From an uncultured Bacillales bacterium (GTDB lineage: Bacteria > Bacillota_I > Bacilli_A > RFN20 > CAG-826), in NCBI GenBank assembly GCA_947164155.1, contig CAMUVS010000004.1, positions 603-64,602 on the forward strand: a DNA stretch of 64,000 nt, written 5' to 3'. Below the pieces are notes generated by a model. That model saw only the letters and a program-made list of their open reading frames with translations, was not told where the DNA came from and did not search any database. Position numbers and translations under genes: made by a program. This document shows positions 42,005 through 52,558 of the stretch, in pieces; within the stretch, counting starts at the first letter, position 1; each line of letters begins with the position of its first letter.

Positions 42005-44901
42005 TGCCAGAGAAATGTAAGAAACCAGAAGTCACCTCAAAATATCAAGGTGAAAAAGAGTTCCATAAGAACTACGCGAAGTTAGGCAAGAAGATTACCG
42101 ACGTTGTCCCACACAAATTATTTGGAGTAAAAAATACTGATCCAGAATATTGGGGACTAAGAGAAGTTTTAAGTGAAGATCAAGTTAACTTCCTCCTTAA
42201 ACTCAAACAAAGAAAATGGTATCTCTTAGAAGATTTAATTAAGAAATTCAAAGGTCAATTTGATCCTGCTAAGGTTCAACAACTTTTAGACGAACTTTCT
42301 TATATTGGATTTATTGAATATGACTACGGAGATAATTATGCGGATGAACATCCAATTGAAGACGCTCCTAAAATTAAAAGATATAGATTATCTTACTTCG
42401 TTCCTGGTTCAGCTGAATTAATGAACTCCTCATTAGATAGAATTGCAAAGAATCCTGCAGTTGCTAATTTCTTTGAAAGAATGACCTTTATTCCTTTAGC
42501 AGGCGTCACTGAAATGATTGCTGAAGGTGGTAACGGTATTGGCATGCACACCATCCCAGTAGAAAAGGCTATTGAAGGTAATCAAGAAGCTATCTCTGTA
42601 GAAAAGATTTCTCACTGGTTAAATAAATATGAAGGCCATATCTCCGCTGGTATTTGTTCTTGTAGAGCAAGTAGAGCAATGTTAGGTGATGGCTGTATCG
42701 ATGATGTTAATGACTGGTGTATTCAACTTGGTGATATGGCAGACTACACAGTTGAAACCAAACGTGCTCACTATATTACTAAAGAAAGAGCGTTAGAAAT
42801 CATTGCCCTCTCTGAAAAGAACGGATTCGTTCACCAAATTACTAATATTGATGGCAAAGACCATATCTTTGATATTTGTAACTGTGACGTTAAAATCTGT
42901 AACGCTTTAAGGACATCAATGCTATTTAACACTCCTAACTTATCTAGAAGTGCTTACACCGCTAAAGTCACACCTACTAACTGTGTGGCGTGCGGACAAT
43001 GTGTTGCTAACTGTCCTGCTGGAGCCGTTAAACTCGGACAAAAATTATGTAAAGGTGACGGCAAAGAACAAAAATATCCAAGTCAACCATTACCAGATAA
43101 AATCCACTGGGGTAAATATGCCTGGGATGAAAATTATAGAGACACTGCTAGAGCTAGTGATACCTATCCAACTGGTACAGCTCCATGTAAAGTAGCCTGT
43201 CCAGCTCATGTCCCAGTTCAAGGTTATTTAAAGATGGCCCATGAAGGTAGATATAGAGAAGCTTTAGCCTTAATTAAGACACAAAACCCATTCCCAGCAG
43301 TATGTGGTAGAGTTTGTAACAAACGCTGTGAAGATGAATGTACAAGAGGCAAAGTTGATAAAGCCGTTTCTATTGATGCAGTTAAGAAATTCGTTGCTGA
43401 TTTAGAAATTGCTTCTAAAGATAGATATATCCCAGAAAAGATTGTTGCCTCAGTTTATGGTGGCTTCGATGAAAAGATTGCTATTATTGGTGCTGGTCCA
43501 GCTGGTTTATCCGCTGCATATTACTTAGCAGTTGCTGGCTTTAAACCAACAGTCTTTGAGAAAAACGAAAAACCTGGCGGAATGTTAAGATATGGCATTC
43601 CTGCTTATAAATTAGAAAAAGATGTCATCGATGCTGAAATCGAAGTCATCAAAAAGCTTGGTGTAGAAATCAAGTGTGGCGTTGAAGTCGGTAAAGATGT
43701 CACTATTGAATCTTTAAAGAAAGAAGGATACAAAGCCTTCTATATCGCTATTGGCTGCCAAGGTGGAAGAAGGCCAGGTGTTGCTAACGATACTGCCAAA
43801 GGAACCGAAATCGCAGTTTCTTATTTAAGAGATGCACTTGATAAACAAAAAGAATTTAAAGGCAAAGTTGTTGTCGTTGGTGGCGGTAATGTCGCTGTTG
43901 ACTGTGCAAGAACTGCTCATAGATTAAAAGCAAGTTCAGTTTCTATGTACTGTTTAGAAGATCGTGACCATATGCCTGCTAGTAACGAAGAAATTAGAGA
44001 AACCTTAGAAGAAGATATTACTATCAATAATTCTTGGGGACCAAAAGAAGTACTTGTTAGCGAAAAAGGCGAAGTTAAAGGTATTGTCTTTAAGAAATGT
44101 GTGTCTACTTTAGATGAAAACGGTAAGTTCAATCCTAAATACGATGAAAATGAAATCGTTACAGTGGAAGCTGATAAGATTATCTTTGCTATCGGTCAAG
44201 CCATTGAATGGGGCGACTTATTAAAAGGCACTAAAGTTGAATTCTGGCACGGTAATTATCCATTTGCTGACAAAGTTACATATCAAACTAATGATGATGA
44301 TATCTTTGTGGGTGGCGATGTCTTTACTGGACCAAAATTTGTTATCGATGCCATCGCTGCTGGTCACGCCGTTGCTGATGCTTTAGCTAGACATGTTAGA
44401 CCAAATGCTCATCCAACTATCGCCTTTAATAAACGAGGATTTACTCCACTTAATAAAGAAGATATCACTCTTCCAGGATATGATGATGCCGGAAGACAAG
44501 AAGCTGGTATGGATGAATCCATTGATTATAAGAACAGCTTCAAAGATGCTCATAAGACTTTAACTGAAGAACAAGTAAAAATTGAAACTGGTAGATGTTT
44601 ATCTTGTGGTGCTGCGTTTGTTGATCCACATAAATGTATCGGCTGTGGTATTTGTACCACCAAGTGTGAATTTGACGCTATTCACTTAGTTAGAGACCAT
44701 CCAAAAGCTTCAAGAATGAGATTTGCCGAAGACAAAGTCACTGGCTTACTCAAATATGCTGTACCAAGATGGTTCAAGATTATGTTCAATGCTGGTAGTA
44801 AAGAAGCCAGAATGATGAGAAAGAAACGCAAAGCATGGAAGAAACACTACAAAGTAGCGAAGAAGACCATGCCAGATACAGGTAACGCTATCAATGCATG
44901 A
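42004..44901 (+). CDS. Multidomain Fe-S flavoprotein: Cys-rich N-terminal domain, 4Fe-4S, GltD-like NAD(P)H/FAD oxidoreductase, C-terminal 4Fe-4S dicluster
   Basis: 965 aa. CVACGQCVANCP; CKVACPAH...PFPAVCGRVCNKRCEDEC (GltD/DPD-type N-terminus); IAIIGAGPAGLSAAYYL and VVVVGGGNVAVDCA Rossmann motifs; CLSCG...CIGCGICTTKC. Confidence 0.75.
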   Translation: MPEKCKKPEVTSKYQGEKEFHKNYAKLGKKITDVVPHKLFGVKNTDPEYWGLREVLSEDQVNFLLKLKQRKWYLLEDLIKKFKGQFDPAKVQQLLDELSYIGFIEYDYGDNYADEHPIEDAPKIKRYRLSYFVPGSAELMNSSLDRIAKNPAVANFFERMTFIPLAGVTEMIAEGGNGIGMHTIPVEKAIEGNQEAISVEKISHWLNKYEGHISAGICSCRASRAMLGDGCIDDVNDWCIQLGDMADYTVETKRAHYITKERALEIIALSEKNGFVHQITNIDGKDHIFDICNCDVKICNALRTSMLFNTPNLSRSAYTAKVTPTNCVACGQCVANCPAGAVKLGQKLCKGDGKEQKYPSQPLPDKIHWGKYAWDENYRDTARASDTYPTGTAPCKVACPAHVPVQGYLKMAHEGRYREALALIKTQNPFPAVCGRVCNKRCEDECTRGKVDKAVSIDAVKKFVADLEIASKDRYIPEKIVASVYGGFDEKIAIIGAGPAGLSAAYYLAVAGFKPTVFEKNEKPGGMLRYGIPAYKLEKDVIDAEIEVIKKLGVEIKCGVEVGKDVTIESLKKEGYKAFYIAIGCQGGRRPGVANDTAKGTEIAVSYLRDALDKQKEFKGKVVVVGGGNVAVDCARTAHRLKASSVSMYCLEDRDHMPASNEEIRETLEEDITINNSWGPKEVLVSEKGEVKGIVFKKCVSTLDENGKFNPKYDENEIVTVEADKIIFAIGQAIEWGDLLKGTKVEFWHGNYPFADKVTYQTNDDDIFVGGDVFTGPKFVIDAIAAGHAVADALARHVRPNAHPTIAFNKRGFTPLNKEDITLPGYDDAGRQEAGMDESIDYKNSFKDAHKTLTEEQVKIETGRCLSCGAAFVDPHKCIGCGICTTKCEFDAIHLVRDHPKASRMRFAEDKVTGLLKYAVPRWFKIMFNAGSKEARMMRKKRKAWKKHYKVAKKTMPDTGNAINA

Positions 44902-45238
44902 GTTAGGTATCGTTGTTCACGTCATTAAACAAATCGAACAAATTGCCGAAGAAAACAAAGTTAATAAAGTTGTCGAACTTACTCTAGAAGTTGGTGAAGT
45001 TTCTGGAGTTGTAAAAGAATATTTCGTTGATGCATTTAACTGGTCAATAAAAAAGACCAAATACATGAAGGATTGTAAACTCAACTTTATTACTATCAAG
45101 GGTATTACGTATTGCGAAGATTGTGGCAAAACTTACTCCACGACTGAATTCGGTAAAGAATGTCCATATTGTCATTCTGGTAAGACTTATCTAATTACTG
45201 GAAAAGATGTTTCAATAAAAGACATTAAAGTTATCTAG
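44894..45238 (+). CDS. hypA: Nickel metallochaperone HypA
   Basis: 114 aa. MHELGI N-terminus (Ni site) and a CEDCG...CPYC zinc site. The start overlaps the upstream stop by 8 nt. Confidence 0.85.
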   Translation: MHELGIVVHVIKQIEQIAEENKVNKVVELTLEVGEVSGVVKEYFVDAFNWSIKKTKYMKDCKLNFITIKGITYCEDCGKTYSTTEFGKECPYCHSGKTYLITGKDVSIKDIKVI

Positions 45239-45291
45239 ATAATATAAAAGACGTGGTTTCCCGCGTCTTTTTCATACTCACTAATATCTTT

Positions 45292-45852
45292 TTATTCAGC
45301 TTTTTTGTTGAGTAATTTAATGCCGTACACCATAGCGGTAACTCCAACAGCAACTCCGATTGCGCCCATAGTGATATAAACAATTTGAGTGACTGTAGAA
45401 GAGCCTTCATAGACAAAAGCAAGTATACTTAAAGTAATTCCGATTATTGCTAATAAGAAATATAAGAAGATCCAACTCTTTTTATATTTGAATTTAATGC
45501 CAATAAATCCTTTAACAAGAAAGACAGCACTAATTGCGATAACAAATGCGGCCGAGAAAATAATAAAGAAATCACCAAGCATTAAAGGATAGACAATAAA
45601 TACCACGCCTAAGGCAATAGCAATACTGCCAAGTGCTAACGCTCCTTTAAAGAAGTTTTTAGTGTCTTTAATTAAGTTAGCAACGATGTGAAGTAGACCA
45701 ATAACAAACAATCCGCCAGCAATACAGTAACTAACAACCTTAATTGCGGAACCTAAATCCACAATACTTAAAATAAGGTCAACTAGACCAACTGCAAATA
45801 GGATTACTCCATAAACGATAATCATCCATTTTTGTTCTTTAAATGTTTTCAT
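45292..45852 (-). CDS. Membrane protein (HdeD/DUF308-like)
   Basis: 186 aa with six hydrophobic segments. The family assignment is tentative. Confidence 0.4.
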   Translation of the reverse strand: MKTFKEQKWMIIVYGVILFAVGLVDLILSIVDLGSAIKVVSYCIAGGLFVIGLLHIVANLIKDTKNFFKGALALGSIAIALGVVFIVYPLMLGDFFIIFSAAFVIAISAVFLVKGFIGIKFKYKKSWIFLYFLLAIIGITLSILAFVYEGSSTVTQIVYITMGAIGVAVGVTAMVYGIKLLNKKAE

Positions 45853-45939
45853 AATATTTTTGCCTCTTTTAACTACCTTATTATTTTTTCTTTTTTTAAA
45901 AAGATTTACAATAAGAAAGATAAAGAAGAGGAAATTATT

Positions 45940-47163
45940 ATGAAATTAGAAAGATTACAAGAATACGCCGAACTTTTAGCAAAAAGAGGCATTAATGTCC
46001 AAAAGGGAGAAGAAGTCTGGGTTAACTGTCAAACTCATCAAATGGAATTTGTCCGTTTAGTAGTTGAAGAATTATATAAAGCAGGGGCAAAAAAAGTCAG
46101 AGTTAGATTTTCAGATGATGAAATTTCTAAGATTGGCTATAAATATGCTTCAACATCAACTTTAAGCAAAGTTCCTAACTACACAATCGCAGAATATAAG
46201 TATATGGTGAAACATAATCCAAGTATGCTCCATATTATCTCAGATGATCCTGACGCTTTTAAAAGTATTTCACAATCTAAATTAACTAAAGTTACTTTTG
46301 CTTTTAGAAAAAAAGTCAAACCATATAGAGATGAGATGGACGGCAAATACAAATGGTGTATCGCCGCTGTTCCTTCAAAAGCGTGGGCTGAGAAAGTCTT
46401 CCCTAAATTAAAAGGAGAAGAAGCAATTGAAGCACTTTGGGAATCGATTCTATCTTGTTCTAGAGTAGATGGACACGCTATTGATAACTGGGATAAACAT
46501 AATGAAGAATTAATGAAACATAGAAAAGAGCTAGCAGCCTTAGATCTTCAATATTTAGAATATAAAGCCTCTAATGGAACTGATTTAAAAGTTGAACTTA
46601 TAAAAAATGTTTTATGGGGTGGCGGTGTTGAATTCACTGATAAAGGTTTATCCTATAATCCTAATATTCCTAGTGAAGAAGTTTTTACTTCTCCTAAAGC
46701 AGGTTCCATTGAAGGCATTGTCTATTCAAGTAAGCCACTAAGTTATAACGGCCAGATTATTGATGAATTCTGGGTGAAATTTGAAAATGGAAAAGTTAGT
46801 AAAGTAGGTGCTAAAAAGAATCAAAAATTATTAGAACAAATGGTTAACACCGACGAAGGTAGCCATATGCTTGGTGAAGTCGCTTTAGTGCCTTATGATT
46901 CTCCAATACAAAATTCAAAAATCTTATTCTATGAAACATTATTTGATGAAAATGCAGCCTGCCACTTAGCCCTTGGCCAAGGCTTTAAAGAACTCTTTCC
47001 AGAAGGAGCATCTATATCAAATGAAGAAGCGAGAGCTAGAGGATTAAATGATTCAATGATTCACGTTGACTTTATGATCGGAACTAAAGATTTAGAAATT
47101 GTTGGTACTTCATTTAACGGCAAGAAAACCACTATCTTTAAAAATGGAAATTGGGCAATTTAA
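45940..47163 (+). CDS. M29-family aminopeptidase (AmpS/PepS-like)
   Basis: The ATG at 45940 gives MKLERLQEYAELLAKRGINVQKGEEVWV, a typical M29 N-terminus. The track ORF start at 45832 overlaps the divergent gene. Confidence 0.85.
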   Translation: MKLERLQEYAELLAKRGINVQKGEEVWVNCQTHQMEFVRLVVEELYKAGAKKVRVRFSDDEISKIGYKYASTSTLSKVPNYTIAEYKYMVKHNPSMLHIISDDPDAFKSISQSKLTKVTFAFRKKVKPYRDEMDGKYKWCIAAVPSKAWAEKVFPKLKGEEAIEALWESILSCSRVDGHAIDNWDKHNEELMKHRKELAALDLQYLEYKASNGTDLKVELIKNVLWGGGVEFTDKGLSYNPNIPSEEVFTSPKAGSIEGIVYSSKPLSYNGQIIDEFWVKFENGKVSKVGAKKNQKLLEQMVNTDEGSHMLGEVALVPYDSPIQNSKILFYETLFDENAACHLALGQGFKELFPEGASISNEEARARGLNDSMIHVDFMIGTKDLEIVGTSFNGKKTTIFKNGNWAI

Positions 47164-47175
47164 GGGGGATTTGCT

Positions 47176-48372
47176 ATGATTTATGCCTTATTAGCGATAT
47201 TAATTGTAGTTTTTATTGGACTAGTTATTTTAACTGTTCTAGTTATTAAATTTTCTAAAAAACCAGCTTCAAACGAAGTGGAAGTTTCAGATAAAGAATT
47301 AGGAATGTTATCTGAACAAATTAAGTCTTTAGAAGTCATTCTTAAAAAAGATATTGAAGCTTCTTTAGCTAAGGAAATGGTTCAAGTAAATGAAACTAAT
47401 AATCAAAAGTTAGAAAGATTCCAAACCAATATCATCGAAACCATGACTAAACGTTTTGAATCAATCAATCTCCAACTTGGAGAGAAGATGAAAGAGATCA
47501 ATCAAAAAGTTGAAGATAAATTAAAAGAAGGTTTCCAAGGAACTAGTGAAACCATGGCCCAGGTTAGAGAAAGACTTAAGGTTATTGATGAAGCTCAAAA
47601 GAACATGGAATCCTTATCTAAAGATGTTGTTTCTTTAAGAAGCATCATGGAAGGCAATCAAACTCGAGGAGCGTATGGTGAATATCAACTCAATATGGTC
47701 CTTCATAATGTCTTTGGTGACACAGTAGGCTGCTATCAAGAACAATACACTATTAAGAAAGTTAAAGACGGGGATGACGTTAGAGCGGACGCTGTTGTCT
47801 TTATGCCTGAACCAAATAAAATGATTTGTATTGATTCAAAATTCCCATTCCAAGATTATGAAAGATTAATGAAGGAAGAAGACGATACAAATAAAGAAGA
47901 ATATAAACGTTTATTCGCGGGCGCAGTTAAAAAACATATTACAGTGATTAAAGACAAATATATTATCGAAGGAAAAACCGCTCCTGAAGCATTAATGTTT
48001 ATTCCTAATGACGGAGTGTTTGCATATATTCATCAAGAACTATTAGATGTTGTAGATTATGCTAGAGAGAAAAGAGTGATTCTCACTTCTCCTAGTACAC
48101 TTCCTGCTATCTTAGTTACCATTAATATGGTAAGAATTGAGGCAGAACGCGCTAAAAACGTCAAGGAAATATCTAAACAACTAGATGCGTTAGGTAAACA
48201 ATTTACTTTATTCTCAAATGAGTGGACACAGTTATCTAGACAACTTGATACCGCTACTAAAACTAGGGAAAAGTTAGATTCTAGAGTAAGTCGAATAACT
48301 AATAAATTCGATGCGATATCCACTAATAGTGACATCGAAGAGATCGAAGAAAAAGAGGCTAGTGAGAACTAA
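47176..48372 (+). CDS. rmuC: DNA recombination protein RmuC
   Basis: 398 aa. N-terminal TM segment, coiled coil, and an RmuC nuclease-like core (RGAYGEYQL...DAVVFMPE...ICIDSKFP). Confidence 0.85.
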   Translation: MIYALLAILIVVFIGLVILTVLVIKFSKKPASNEVEVSDKELGMLSEQIKSLEVILKKDIEASLAKEMVQVNETNNQKLERFQTNIIETMTKRFESINLQLGEKMKEINQKVEDKLKEGFQGTSETMAQVRERLKVIDEAQKNMESLSKDVVSLRSIMEGNQTRGAYGEYQLNMVLHNVFGDTVGCYQEQYTIKKVKDGDDVRADAVVFMPEPNKMICIDSKFPFQDYERLMKEEDDTNKEEYKRLFAGAVKKHITVIKDKYIIEGKTAPEALMFIPNDGVFAYIHQELLDVVDYAREKRVILTSPSTLPAILVTINMVRIEAERAKNVKEISKQLDALGKQFTLFSNEWTQLSRQLDTATKTREKLDSRVSRITNKFDAISTNSDIEEIEEKEASEN

Positions 48373-48389
48373 CCTCTTCTTTTTTATAA

Positions 48390-49820
48390 CTAACGATTAA
48401 GTTTTTCTAATGAATCGGTAATGGTCTGGCTATTTGCTTCCATACCGTATTTATCAACATCTGCTTTATCTCTAACTTCGTGAGTCAAGCAGCAAGGTCC
48501 ACCAATACATCCACCTGAACAAGCCATACCTTCAATAAAGTTATTATCTCTATTACCGGCTTTAACTTTTAATAAGGCTAATCGGATATTATCAAGTCCA
48601 TCAACCGCAAGTGGCTTATAATCAAAATCAATTTCTCGCTCTTTAAGTGCTTGTCTAACGGCGTCAGAGATACCTCTACTTCTAGCAAATATTCTTCCAA
48701 AATAAGATGCATTATCAAATGGTGATTCTTCTAATTTAGAAGCATCTATTTCTTTAGCGTCGATTAAAGCTTGAAGTTCTTCAAAAGTTAAAGTGATATC
48801 GACATAAGGTTTAACAGATTCTAATTTGATTTCTTGCTTTTTGGAAATACATGGACCAATAAACATAATTTTAGCAGTTGGATAATGTTCTTTGATCCAT
48901 TTAGCAATACTCGCCATAGGCGATAAATTAGAAGAAATATGTTCTGCTAAAGTTGGGAAGTTCTTTTTTATAAAAGAAACAAATGTTGGGCAACAACTTG
49001 AAGTTAAGAATCCTTTTTCTGATAATTCTTTAGCTTCGTTATAAGCGACCATATCTGCTCCTAAAGCAGCTTCCACAATTTCACTAAAACCAAGTTCATG
49101 CATTGCACTAGCAATTTGACCTAGAGTAGCATATTTAAATTGAGTTGCAATACTAGGGGCAACAATCGCTACTACTGGATATTTCTTACCGTGATCTCCA
49201 TCTTTAAGGATATCGATAGCCTCTTTAATATAGGATTTATCAACAATTGCTCCAAAAGGACATTGATAAACACAGGCTCCACATTGAACACACTTTTCAT
49301 CATCAATTTGCGCAGCATTATCACTACCCATACTAATAGCCTTTACTTTACAAGCTTGTTCACATGGTCTTAAGTAGTTTTGGATAGCGTTATATTGACA
49401 TGCTTTCGCACACATTCCACAGTTAATACACTTATCTTTATTAATACGAGCGGTATGACTAACTTCATCAAAGCTAATCGCATCTTTATGACATGCTTTT
49501 TGACATCTATGAGCAATACAGCCTCTACATCTATTAGTGACTTCATATCCACCTAAAGGACATTCATCACACGCTACTTTAATAACTTCAATGACATTAT
49601 CAATTTCCTTTGATCCGCCTAAAGCAAGTTTCATTCTTTCTAAAACAATTGCTCTTTCTTTATAAATGCAACAACGCATTGTTGGTTTTGGGCCAGGAAC
49701 AATTTTAGTAGGAATAGAATTATAATCTTCTAATAATGTGCCATTAAAATACGATTTAGCGATTTCTTTTAATACTTTATATTTGAGTTCTTGTACTCTA
49801 GTGTCAAAAATAGGATTCAT
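48390..49820 (-). CDS. [FeFe]-hydrogenase-like protein with N-terminal ferredoxin-type clusters
   Basis: 476 aa. H-cluster motifs TSSCCP, GPCISKKQE and MACSGGCIGGPC, plus two CxxCxxCxxxCP motifs. Confidence 0.8.
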   Translation of the reverse strand: MNPIFDTRVQELKYKVLKEIAKSYFNGTLLEDYNSIPTKIVPGPKPTMRCCIYKERAIVLERMKLALGGSKEIDNVIEVIKVACDECPLGGYEVTNRCRGCIAHRCQKACHKDAISFDEVSHTARINKDKCINCGMCAKACQYNAIQNYLRPCEQACKVKAISMGSDNAAQIDDEKCVQCGACVYQCPFGAIVDKSYIKEAIDILKDGDHGKKYPVVAIVAPSIATQFKYATLGQIASAMHELGFSEIVEAALGADMVAYNEAKELSEKGFLTSSCCPTFVSFIKKNFPTLAEHISSNLSPMASIAKWIKEHYPTAKIMFIGPCISKKQEIKLESVKPYVDITLTFEELQALIDAKEIDASKLEESPFDNASYFGRIFARSRGISDAVRQALKEREIDFDYKPLAVDGLDNIRLALLKVKAGNRDNNFIEGMACSGGCIGGPCCLTHEVRDKADVDKYGMEANSQTITDSLEKLNR

Positions 49821-49860
49821 ATTAATAGTATTTTATCTATTTTAATAGATATTATCAATA

Positions 49861-49882
49861 AAAAGAAAAGGCCCGAAGGCCT
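49861..49882 (-). terminator. Rho-independent terminator
   Basis: Minus strand reads AGGCC-TTCG-GGCCTTTTCTTTT. Confidence 0.7.
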
Positions 49883-49894
49883 ATTCAAATTTTA

Positions 49895-50134
49895 TTAGTC
49901 TTCTTTGAACCAGAAGATGCGGTTATTGAGGATGATCCAAACAAGATCTAAGACCCAACCGACTGTTCCAGCAGCGATAACCCAAAGGATACCGAGAACC
50001 ATGTGAAGCCAGTTTTGTTTGCTAGCGGCTCTACCGATTCTATAAACAGCCCAAGTGATATCAAGGATCCAGATACATAAGATAATTTTTACTAATCTGG
50101 AATGACCATCCATCCATTTGACATAATTGTCCAT
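49895..50134 (-). CDS. Small membrane protein (79 aa), unknown function
   Basis: ORF with two Trp-rich hydrophobic segments. Confidence 0.4.
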   Translation of the reverse strand: MDNYVKWMDGHSRLVKIILCIWILDITWAVYRIGRAASKQNWLHMVLGILWVIAAGTVGWVLDLVWIILNNRIFWFKED

Positions 50135-50189
50135 CGTTAAACTCCTTTTTTAATAAGATAAGTATAGTATTGTTTAGAAACAATTCAAC

Positions 50190-50220
50190 AAAAAAATCAG
50201 CGAAACCGCTGATTCTTTTT
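50190..50220. terminator. Bidirectional terminator after secG
   Basis: AAAAAAATCAGCG-AAA-CCGCTGATTCTTTTT. Confidence 0.65.
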
Positions 50221-50234
50221 ATATAACCCTTATA

Positions 50235-50471
50235 TTAGGATGCGTAAATAATTTTAATAATAACTGCCACCAAGAAGAAGATTGAGGCAATAATAAGGGT
50301 GAGAATAGAGATAACTTTTTCTGCTCCTCTTTCTTTAGTCTTAACAAAAACGTTAAGTCCACCACCAGTAATCGCACCAGAAGCACCTTCAGATTTACCA
50401 CCTTGAAGTAAGCATAAAACAATAATAATCACACTAGTTGCCATTAATACCCAGTCATACCATGCTAACAT
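50235..50471 (-). CDS. secG: Preprotein translocase subunit SecG
   Basis: 78 aa with two TM segments and the LLQGGKSEGASGAITGGG loop typical of SecG. Confidence 0.8.
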   Translation of the reverse strand: MLAWYDWVLMATSVIIIVLCLLQGGKSEGASGAITGGGLNVFVKTKERGAEKVISILTLIIASIFFLVAVIIKIIYAS

Positions 50472-50557
50472 ATTGTTTTCTCCTTTTGCTTTTTCGCTGT
50501 TATATTTTAAGTAAAATAAATTAATTTATCAATTATTATTTTAGACTAGTTTAAGGA

Positions 50558-52549
50558 TTATTGAATTTGCGCCTTTATTTCTAAAATAATATCTCTAAGT
50601 TCCGCTGCTCTTTCAAAATCATAATTTTTAGCAGCTTCTCGCATTTGTTTTTCTAATTCTTTAACTCGATATTCCATTTCTTTACGACTTCCTTTTTTAG
50701 TTAATTTAATCATTTCAGAAATTTCATCATCACTATTATGGATTGGTGGTCTAATCTCTTTAACAATGGTTCGAGGAACAATGCCGTTCTCTTCATTATA
50801 ATTTTCTTGAATCGCTCTTCTTCGATTAGTTTCATCAATCGCTGCTTTCATTGAATCGGTCATATTATCAGCGTACATAATAACTAATCCGTTTTGGTTA
50901 CGAGACGCTCTACCAATAATTTGAATTAAACTTCTAGTACTTCTTAAGAATCCTTCTTTATCAGCGTCTAAAATTGAAATTAAAGAAACTTCAGGAATAT
51001 CTAATCCTTCTCTAAGAAGATTAATACCCACTAAAACATCATATTTTCCTTTACGAAGTTGATAAATAATCTCACTTCTTTCTAGAGTTTTAGTTTCATG
51101 ATGTAAATAAACGACTTTGATGCCTCGTTCTTTTAAATATTGAGTAAGGTCTTCTGCCATTTTGACAGTTAAAGTAACTAACATCACTCTTTCATTTCGT
51201 TCAGTTCTCTTTTTGATTTCAAAAAGAATATCGTCAATTTGACCTCTTGTTGGTCTAATTTCAATGTGAGGATCAAGTAGTCCTGTAGGTCTAATAATTT
51301 GTTCCGCAATAGGAGCGTCTGTTTTATTTAATTCATAATCTCCAGGAGTCGCACTAGTGCAAATTACTTGAGGAATTAAAGATTCAAATTCATCAAAATT
51401 AAGTGGTCTATTATCTAAGGCACTTGGAAGTCTAAAACCATATTCCACAAGAGTCTCTTTACGACTTCTATCACCGTTATACATTCCTCTAATTTGAGGA
51501 AGTGAAACGTGAGACTCATCCACAAATAAGACAAAATCTTCTGGAAAATAATCTAATAAGCAGAATGGCCTTTGACCTGGTTTTCTTTTATCAATATGTC
51601 TTGAATAGTTTTCAATCCCGGGACACATGCCAAACTCTTCCATGTTCTCGACATCTTGATTAGTTCTCATTTCTAATCTTTCAGCTTCTAGTAGCTTGCC
51701 GTTTTCTTTAAAATATTCTAATCGCTTAGCTAATTCTTCTTTTATGGTTGCACAGGCTTCTTTAATTCTTTCTCTAGTGGAGGCATGGTCATAAGCAGGA
51801 AAAATAGGATAAGTATGATATGAATGTTTAATTTCTCCACTTAATAAATCAACCTCATAAATCTTTTCAATCTCATCTCCAAAAGTATCGATACGAATTA
51901 CTGTATGATCTTCAGCATTTGCAGGAACAATTTCAATAATATCTCCTCTTACTCTAAATGAACCTGGAGGAGTATCTAAATTATTTCTTTTATATTGAGC
52001 GTCAACGAGTGACTTATAAAACTCATTTCTATTAATTTCTTCACCTACTCTAATTTCAAAAACCAAGCGACGATATTCATCTGGATCAGTTAATCCGTAT
52101 ATAGAAGCTACAGAGGCCACTACAATAGTATCTCTTCTTTCTAAGATAGAGTTAATTGCGCTAGTTCTAAGCATTTCAATTTCATCATTCATCACTGCGT
52201 TTTTATCAATATAAGTATCGCTTTTAGGAATATAAGCTTCAGGTTGATAAAAATCGAAGTTAGAAACAAAATATTCCACTCGATTATTTGGAAATAGTTC
52301 TTTAAATTCAGAGTATAATTGACCTGCTAAAGTTTTATTATGCACAAGTATTAATGCTGGACGCTGAACTGACTGAATTATATTGGCCATAGTAAAGGTC
52401 TTTCCAGTACCAGTAGCACCAAGTAATACTTGTAATTTCTTCCCTTCATTTAAGCCCTTCACCAATTGAGCAATTGCAGTAGGCTGGTCACCAGTAGGCT
52501 TAAAGTTAGAAACTATTTCAAATTTATGTGAATTGTCGATAATTTTCAC
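50558..52549 (-). CDS. uvrB: Excinuclease ABC subunit B
   Basis: 663 aa. [12 protein letters not shown], and the C-terminal UVR motif (...[12 protein letters not shown]). Confidence 0.97.
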   Translation of the reverse strand: MKIIDNSHKFEIVSNFKPTGDQPTAIAQLVKGLNEGKKLQVLLGATGTGKTFTMANIIQSVQRPALILVHNKTLAGQLYSEFKELFPNNRVEYFVSNFDFYQPEAYIPKSDTYIDKNAVMNDEIEMLRTSAINSILERRDTIVVASVASIYGLTDPDEYRRLVFEIRVGEEINRNEFYKSLVDAQYKRNNLDTPPGSFRVRGDIIEIVPANAEDHTVIRIDTFGDEIEKIYEVDLLSGEIKHSYHTYPIFPAYDHASTRERIKEACATIKEELAKRLEYFKENGKLLEAERLEMRTNQDVENMEEFGMCPGIENYSRHIDKRKPGQRPFCLLDYFPEDFVLFVDESHVSLPQIRGMYNGDRSRKETLVEYGFRLPSALDNRPLNFDEFESLIPQVICTSATPGDYELNKTDAPIAEQIIRPTGLLDPHIEIRPTRGQIDDILFEIKKRTERNERVMLVTLTVKMAEDLTQYLKERGIKVVYLHHETKTLERSEIIYQLRKGKYDVLVGINLLREGLDIPEVSLISILDADKEGFLRSTRSLIQIIGRASRNQNGLVIMYADNMTDSMKAAIDETNRRRAIQENYNEENGIVPRTIVKEIRPPIHNSDDEISEMIKLTKKGSRKEMEYRVKELEKQMREAAKNYDFERAAELRDIILEIKAQIQ

Positions 52550-52558
52550 GCAAAACTC

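Noticed and set aside
45832-45939. 36-codon N-terminal extension of the aminopeptidase ORF
   Set aside because: The extension is low-complexity (FFKCFHNIFASFNYLIIFSFF) and overlaps the divergent gene's start. The conserved M29 N-terminus begins at the ATG at 45940.
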